From: an uncultured Candidatus Saccharibacteria bacterium
Lineage (GTDB): Bacteria > Patescibacteriota > Minisyncoccia > Phycocordibacterales > UBA918
DNA: 38,276 nucleotides
Reading direction: 5' to 3'
Assembly (NCBI GenBank): GCA_964351645.1
Contig: CAYGOP010000002.1
Location: 1 to 38,276 of the forward strand
Each line of letters begins with the position of its first letter. The first letter of the stretch is position 1. The notes below the pieces were generated by a model, which was not told the origin of the DNA, searched no databases, and was given only the letters and a program-made list of their open reading frames with translations. Positions 34,233 through 38,276 of the stretch are shown here, one piece after another. A program made the position numbers and the translations under genes.

Positions 34233-34829
34233 TTACGCGGCAATTTGCCGCAGGTGGTTGTACCCAGCTTTCCAGCCAGATGTTCGATGTACCAACTGGT
34301 GCACATTTCCGCCCTCATTCCATGGCCGGCTCGGCATAATCACGGGGATGCCAGCAGAAGCGACGTCGTTGGCGTTATGCAGAGCGTCTTCAAACAGTGC
34401 GACCACTCCCAGTTGTTTACATACCTCAGACTTCAGACGCCGCTTTTCCGGATGGAGCAAGCTGGCGCTGTTGGTGAAGTGGTAATCAGTGAACACATTT
34501 ACCCCGTGAGCACTCAACCAATCACAAGTGATATCTGCGAGTGATTCACACCGACTGGTAATCAGGTGTAATTCATAGCGTTTCTCCAGCAATTTGAGTC
34601 CGGCAAATGCCCCAGGAATCAAGCGAATACTGTTGTGTCCTCCTTTGTGACAAAAATCTGTTAAATACACGTGCATTTCTGTCATGGGTACTCCGTACAC
34701 ATCTGGAAAGAAAAATGACCGATGCGTTTCATAGGTTACGTTTGTGCCAAGAATTCTGTTCATGTACGGAATGAACGCTTGGTTAAAGTTTGCGACGATA
34801 TCGTCAAGGTCTACGCCGACTCGTTTCAT
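34233..34829 (-). CDS. HAD-superfamily 5'(3')-deoxyribonucleotidase-like (NT5C) protein
   Basis: VGVDLDDIV, LITSR, T..WL, KSEVCK, LFEDA, PWN. Start MKRVG with SD GGGAG. Confidence 0.85.
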   Translation of the reverse strand: MKRVGVDLDDIVANFNQAFIPYMNRILGTNVTYETHRSFFFPDVYGVPMTEMHVYLTDFCHKGGHNSIRLIPGAFAGLKLLEKRYELHLITSRCESLADITCDWLSAHGVNVFTDYHFTNSASLLHPEKRRLKSEVCKQLGVVALFEDALHNANDVASAGIPVIMPSRPWNEGGNVHQLVHRTSGWKAGYNHLRQIAA

Positions 34830-34923
34830 GGATAGATACTCCCAAAATGACCTATTTACTGTGGCTGAGAGTATCATTGAGCTAATAAATGCACAATATA
34901 GAGATATTGGTATACTCAAGAAC

Positions 34924-35724
34924 ATGAAAATATACTCATGGAATATGAATGGTATCCGAGCGGTACAAAGAAAGGGTTTGTTAGAGCCATTTATTGAAAA
35001 ACACCAACCAGATGTACTCTGTATTCAAGAAACCAAGGCTCAGCAAGACCAAGTCGAGGTGGATTTGCCAGAATATGAGGAATACTGGTGTTCAGCAGAG
35101 AAAAAAGGCTACTCAGGCACGGCTATATTTACCAAGATTGCGCCAGTTGAGGTAATAAATGGTCTACCTGAAGATATCATTCAAAAATACCAACTCGAAG
35201 ACTCCTATGGTGACACGACAAAAGAAGGTCGAGTGATGGTGATGGAATTTGAAGGTTTCTATATTAGTACGGTCTACACGCCAAACGCCAAAGATGACTT
35301 GTCTCGGATTCCGATGCGTCAGCAGTGGGACCCAGCGTACTTGGAATACATGGACCGACTACAGCAAGACAAACCGGTGATTTTTTGTGGCGATTTTAAT
35401 GTGGCCCATACTGAACTTGATTTGGCTCGACCAAAACCAAATGTTGGGAAGAAAGGATTCACTGCTGAGGAACGAAGTGGTTTTGATGCCATGATTGAAA
35501 AAGGGTTTGTCGATACCTTGCGAATTTTTCATCCTGACACCCCCGAACTATACACTTGGTGGTCGCACTTTGGTGGAGCGCGAGAAAGAAATGTGGGGTG
35601 GCGGATTGACTATGTAATGGCATCGCACACCCTTGCTCCGATAATTAAAAACGCCCGCATTCACCCAGATGTTTTAGGTTCCGACCACTGCCCTGTTTCA
35701 ATTGAGCTAAGTATACAAGCGTAG
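34924..35724 (+). CDS. xth: Exodeoxyribonuclease III / AP endonuclease
   Basis: SWNMNGIRA, CIQETK, KKGYSGT, EGR, YTPN, CGDFNVAH, YTWWS, GWRIDY, GSDHCP. Start MKIYSW. Confidence 0.96.
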   Translation: MKIYSWNMNGIRAVQRKGLLEPFIEKHQPDVLCIQETKAQQDQVEVDLPEYEEYWCSAEKKGYSGTAIFTKIAPVEVINGLPEDIIQKYQLEDSYGDTTKEGRVMVMEFEGFYISTVYTPNAKDDLSRIPMRQQWDPAYLEYMDRLQQDKPVIFCGDFNVAHTELDLARPKPNVGKKGFTAEERSGFDAMIEKGFVDTLRIFHPDTPELYTWWSHFGGARERNVGWRIDYVMASHTLAPIIKNARIHPDVLGSDHCPVSIELSIQA

Positions 35725-35795
35725 ATTAGGGTTATTTCACAATAGTAGAAACAACACGAAACACAATAAAGTCAAACGTATTTTATAAAAGACAG

Positions 35796-35814
35796 TTATC
35801 CACACTTATACACA
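35796..35814 (+). promoter_or_regulatory. Two tandem DnaA boxes
   Basis: TTATCCACA-C-TTATACACA, both matching TTWTNCACA, ending 9 bp upstream of a -35. Confidence 0.7.
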
Positions 35815-35823
35815 GGTCTGTCC

Positions 35824-35852
35824 TTTACTCTGTCCTTTATAGGACGTATATT
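35824..35852 (+). promoter_or_regulatory. sigma70 promoter of the candidate large ncRNA
   Basis: TTTACT-17-TATATT, overlapped by a CTGTCCTTTA direct repeat (35818 and 35830). Confidence 0.6.
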
Positions 35853-35858
35853 ATTGGT

Positions 35859-36207
35859 AGGCCCAGAAAGGGCGAGCAGGAACTTCCAGAGTTTTGTACA
35901 GAAGAAATCTTCTGACCAAAACCCTGGAAGTACCCCTTAAAGAGATCTTCCAAAAATCAATTGAGTATTACCTCCCTAGAAGAAATTCTAGAACACTCAA
36001 AAACGTTCATAACATCCCACCCCAGAAGTCAGATGAAACTAAAAAACAGATTCATCACAATAAGACTTCAACACAACGAAGAGCTTCGGAAACAGGTTAG
36101 TCCATAGAGACGCCATCCAGGGTATTAAGCCCTTGTAAGCTCGCAAAGGCCTGGGAAGTCGGTAGACAAATTAATGATTTGCCTTACGACTCCCCAGGCC
36201 TTTTCTT
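35859..36207 (+). ncRNA. Candidate ~345-nt structured non-coding RNA, family not recognised
   Basis: Closing helix GCGAGC/GCTCGC (35872/36139). Hairpins at 35882-35931, 35961-36000 (GAAA loop), 36025-36069, 36077-36088 and 36119-36133. Terminal hairpin 36145-36203 followed by a U-tract. Confidence 0.65.
36145..36207 (+). terminator. Long terminal hairpin/terminator
   Basis: AAAGGCCTGGG-AGTCG...CGACT-CCCAGGCCTTT followed by TCTT. Confidence 0.75.
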
Positions 36208-36282
36208 ATGCCTGGCTAAATAAAGCTTTGCATGAGCTTTATTTTACAACATGATTTAATGAGTGGTATACTGTGATGACCG

Positions 36283-36702
36283 ATGTTTAACTTTGATTTA
36301 ATCAAAGAGGATAATTTCCCGGTCGTATCTGGGTTGTTTGGTGAATCAAAAGATGACTGGGTAGGAAACCTAGATGAAGCGTGGCTCCAGGATATTCTTA
36401 ATACAGAAACCAAAACCGCTTTTATTGTATACACAGAAGCTAAACCGATTGGATATATTCAACTAGAAGAAGAAGTCAAAGATTCCTATGCTTTGGCTAT
36501 TTTTATTACAAAAGAGTTTCGTGGACAAGGGCTTGGTTCGGAGATACTCAAAAGCTTTATAGAAAGCCGACCGAAAAGTGAAGTATTTAAAGCCTACATT
36601 GAAGATACCGATTTTCTCACCAATAGTGCTTTTAGTAGAGCCGGTTTTGAGAAAAGTGGCCCAGCTCCCACCTCGGGATTTTCTGAGTACCTGTACCGTT
36701 AA
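36283..36702 (+). CDS. GNAT N-acetyltransferase
   Basis: PIGYIQL, FRGQGLGSEIL, F.RAGFE. Own promoter TTTACA-18-TATACT. Confidence 0.82.
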   Translation: MFNFDLIKEDNFPVVSGLFGESKDDWVGNLDEAWLQDILNTETKTAFIVYTEAKPIGYIQLEEEVKDSYALAIFITKEFRGQGLGSEILKSFIESRPKSEVFKAYIEDTDFLTNSAFSRAGFEKSGPAPTSGFSEYLYR

Positions 36703-36705
36703 TTA

Positions 36706-38178
36706 TTAAAGGACACCGTGTTCTCGGGCTATGTCCTTTAGTGCTTCAGCCTCCTCTAAGGCTTGTTTTTCTTTACCTGCATCGGCTAGAGCTTTTAGCT
36801 CATTCTCTGGCAGTTGAAGTAATTCAAGAGCGCGTTTCTCCATGTAGTCTTCAGTGTTTCGTGACGCATCATCTAGCGCTTCTTCAAGGAGTGCATGCAG
36901 AACAAAGCCAAGTTTTTTGCCGGGCTTTTCTCCTGATAGTTTCATGATGGTGTCCCCGTTCACTTTTAACATCTTTACGGAGATTGGGTCGCGAAGCGCT
37001 TCGTCAACCATGGCTTTGTATTTTCGGAATCGAAATGGTTGTTCTTTCGGCCGTCCGGTTCCGATGCGGTCGCAGACGCGAAGGTTCAGTAAGTTCTCTA
37101 TGTTCCCTTCTCCAATGCGAGTAATGGTACGGCGGACAGCTGATAGAGTAATTTCTTCAGGGTCTGAGAAAAACATGTGCCACCGAACGAGTGAAACGAC
37201 ATTTTCAATCAGCTCTCGTGAGAGCTTTAGTCGTTCCAGGATTTCTTTGGTCATTCTGGCACCTACTACCTCGTGGCCAAAAAACGTATATTTTTTATTT
37301 TTACCACCAGTTCTACGGGTTTTTGGCTTTCCGATGTCATGAAATAGGGCAGCTAGGCGCATTTCAAGGCTAAAATTCTTATCGGCTGCAGCTTGCAGGG
37401 TACGCAAAAGGTGCTCGTATACATCAAATGCGTGTATTCCCCCTTGTTCGCAGCCAATTGCTGGTAGGAATTCTGGTAGAAATTCTTCCAGTAAGCCAAG
37501 CTTTTCTAGGAAGACAATTCCCTGCATTGGGGCTGCAGATGCCACAATGCGCAAGAATTCTCCAGCTACCCGCTCGGTCGATATACGCTTAATTTGCTTG
37601 CTATGTCGGGCAATTGAAGCCATTGTTTCACCCTCAATTACAAAGTCTAGCTCAGCTGCTAACCGCACCGCTCGCATCATCCGTAGTGCGTCTTCAGCAA
37701 AGCGCTCGTCCGCATCCCCCACTGTCTTCAAGCGCTTGGCAGTAAGGTCATCAATGCCACCAAATTCGTCGACTAAGTCTTCTGTCGTTACTCGATACGC
37801 CAGAGCGTTGACTGTGAAATCACGACGCTTTAGGTCCTCAGTAAGAGATACTCCAAACACCACTGAGTCGGGACGACGGGCGTCACTGTAGGTGCTTTCT
37901 GTTCGGTAGGGAGTCACTTCAATTACTTTCAGTGTATCCTCCTCACTTTCGGTTTTTATACCGACTGTTCCAAAGTCGTTATTAAAATAATGTTCAGGAA
38001 AGAGCCGTTGGATGTCGTCTGGGTGAGCGTTGGTGGTAAAGTCCCAGTCTTTAGGAGTTTTTCCAAGGAATAAATCACGCGTACACCCACCCACTAAATA
38101 AGCTTCAAAACCTGCATTTTCAAGTGTTTCTGCGACTGTGAGCACTTCGTATGGAATGTCGGAGGGTGAGATTTTCAT
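36706..38178 (-). CDS. cca: CCA-adding tRNA nucleotidyltransferase with HD domain
   Basis: YLVGGCTRD, DWDFTT, EDLKRRDFTVNA, RFAEDALRMMRA, STER, DVYEH, LFHDIGKP, FFGHE. A full CCA enzyme cannot be distinguished from CC- or A-adding variants by eye. Confidence 0.88.
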   Translation of the reverse strand: MKISPSDIPYEVLTVAETLENAGFEAYLVGGCTRDLFLGKTPKDWDFTTNAHPDDIQRLFPEHYFNNDFGTVGIKTESEEDTLKVIEVTPYRTESTYSDARRPDSVVFGVSLTEDLKRRDFTVNALAYRVTTEDLVDEFGGIDDLTAKRLKTVGDADERFAEDALRMMRAVRLAAELDFVIEGETMASIARHSKQIKRISTERVAGEFLRIVASAAPMQGIVFLEKLGLLEEFLPEFLPAIGCEQGGIHAFDVYEHLLRTLQAAADKNFSLEMRLAALFHDIGKPKTRRTGGKNKKYTFFGHEVVGARMTKEILERLKLSRELIENVVSLVRWHMFFSDPEEITLSAVRRTITRIGEGNIENLLNLRVCDRIGTGRPKEQPFRFRKYKAMVDEALRDPISVKMLKVNGDTIMKLSGEKPGKKLGFVLHALLEEALDDASRNTEDYMEKRALELLQLPENELKALADAGKEKQALEEAEALKDIAREHGVL

Positions 38179-38276
38179 GTGTGTGTATTGTGAAGGTATT
38201 TTAACAGAAAACTATTGCTTTTTCTCACTTTTCGACGTATTATGTGCAGCACCGAAGAGATGCACCTATAGTGAAA

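Noticed and set aside
34064-34318. N-terminal extensions given by the ORF track (ATP-grasp, xth, NT5C, Clp, ABC TMD, comM, 28752 gene)
   Set aside because: The extensions cross terminators, promoters or neighbouring genes. Downstream ATGs have SD, -10 or gene-spacing support.
35725-35860. oriC
   Set aside because: Only two clear DnaA boxes, no dnaA/dnaN nearby, and no switch in gene strand bias.
35961-36000. TTGAGTATT...ACTCAA similarity between the RNA hairpin and the coa operator palindrome (also at 17718 and 26534)
   Set aside because: The spacing differs, and TACTCAA recurs as ordinary -10 context in this genome, so it is probably coincidental.
35894-36100. 68-aa ORF inside the candidate large RNA
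   Set aside because: TTG start buried in a hairpin, no SD, and no recognisable motif. The A-rich, T-poor composition explains the lack of stops. Not fully excluded.
35859-36207. tmRNA, RNase P RNA, SRP RNA, 6S RNA, retron msr-msd or DGR template repeat
   Set aside because: No tRNA-like GGGG..TTCGA..CCA ends, no GAGGAAAGTCC, no SRP helix-8 motif and not a single rod. No reverse transcriptase in the window and no matching variable repeat seen.
1-38276. Alternative genetic code (TGA read-through as in Gracilibacteria/Absconditabacteria)
   Set aside because: Conserved genes are full length under code 11, and several genes end at TGA (coaE, HD, ATP-grasp).

Overview
This is a gene-dense chromosomal window whose content points to a Patescibacteria/CPR (Parcubacteria-like) genome; the taxon is inferred, not checked. 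Core genes lie mostly on the minus strand: rsmA, pcrA/uvrD, a LysM-M23 peptidase, comM, a DksA/TraR-like gene, pnp-NYN-rpsO, a Xer-family recombinase, a membrane-anchored Clp ATPase, a TrmB regulator, a cold-shock gene, xth and cca. Between them sit small self-contained accessory units (promoter, strong SD, gene(s), terminator): a split ABC exporter with a GNAT, a GC-rich small membrane protein, coaE-coaD-HD, a Mesh1-like hydrolase pair, a cationic amphipathic peptide, an NDT-like protein, an ATP-grasp ligase and an HAD nucleotidase. I saw no rRNA, tRNA, CRISPR array or transposase. The strongest unexplained signals are non-coding: (1) a ~345-nt multi-hairpin RNA candidate at 35859-36207 behind two DnaA boxes and a sigma70 promoter, with exposed C-rich/anti-SD motifs; (2) a smaller RNA candidate with similar architecture at ~19735-19851; (3) a structured leader with a 47-codon uORF and terminator ahead of the ABC/GNAT operon; (4) a promoter- and terminator-bounded structured transcript at ~3900-4097. 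Notable coding findings are a possible CoA salvage module under a 30-bp palindromic operator and an active/inactive M14 peptidase pair sharing a 48-bp identical tract. All folds were paired by eye and all family calls rest on motifs recognised without database searches.
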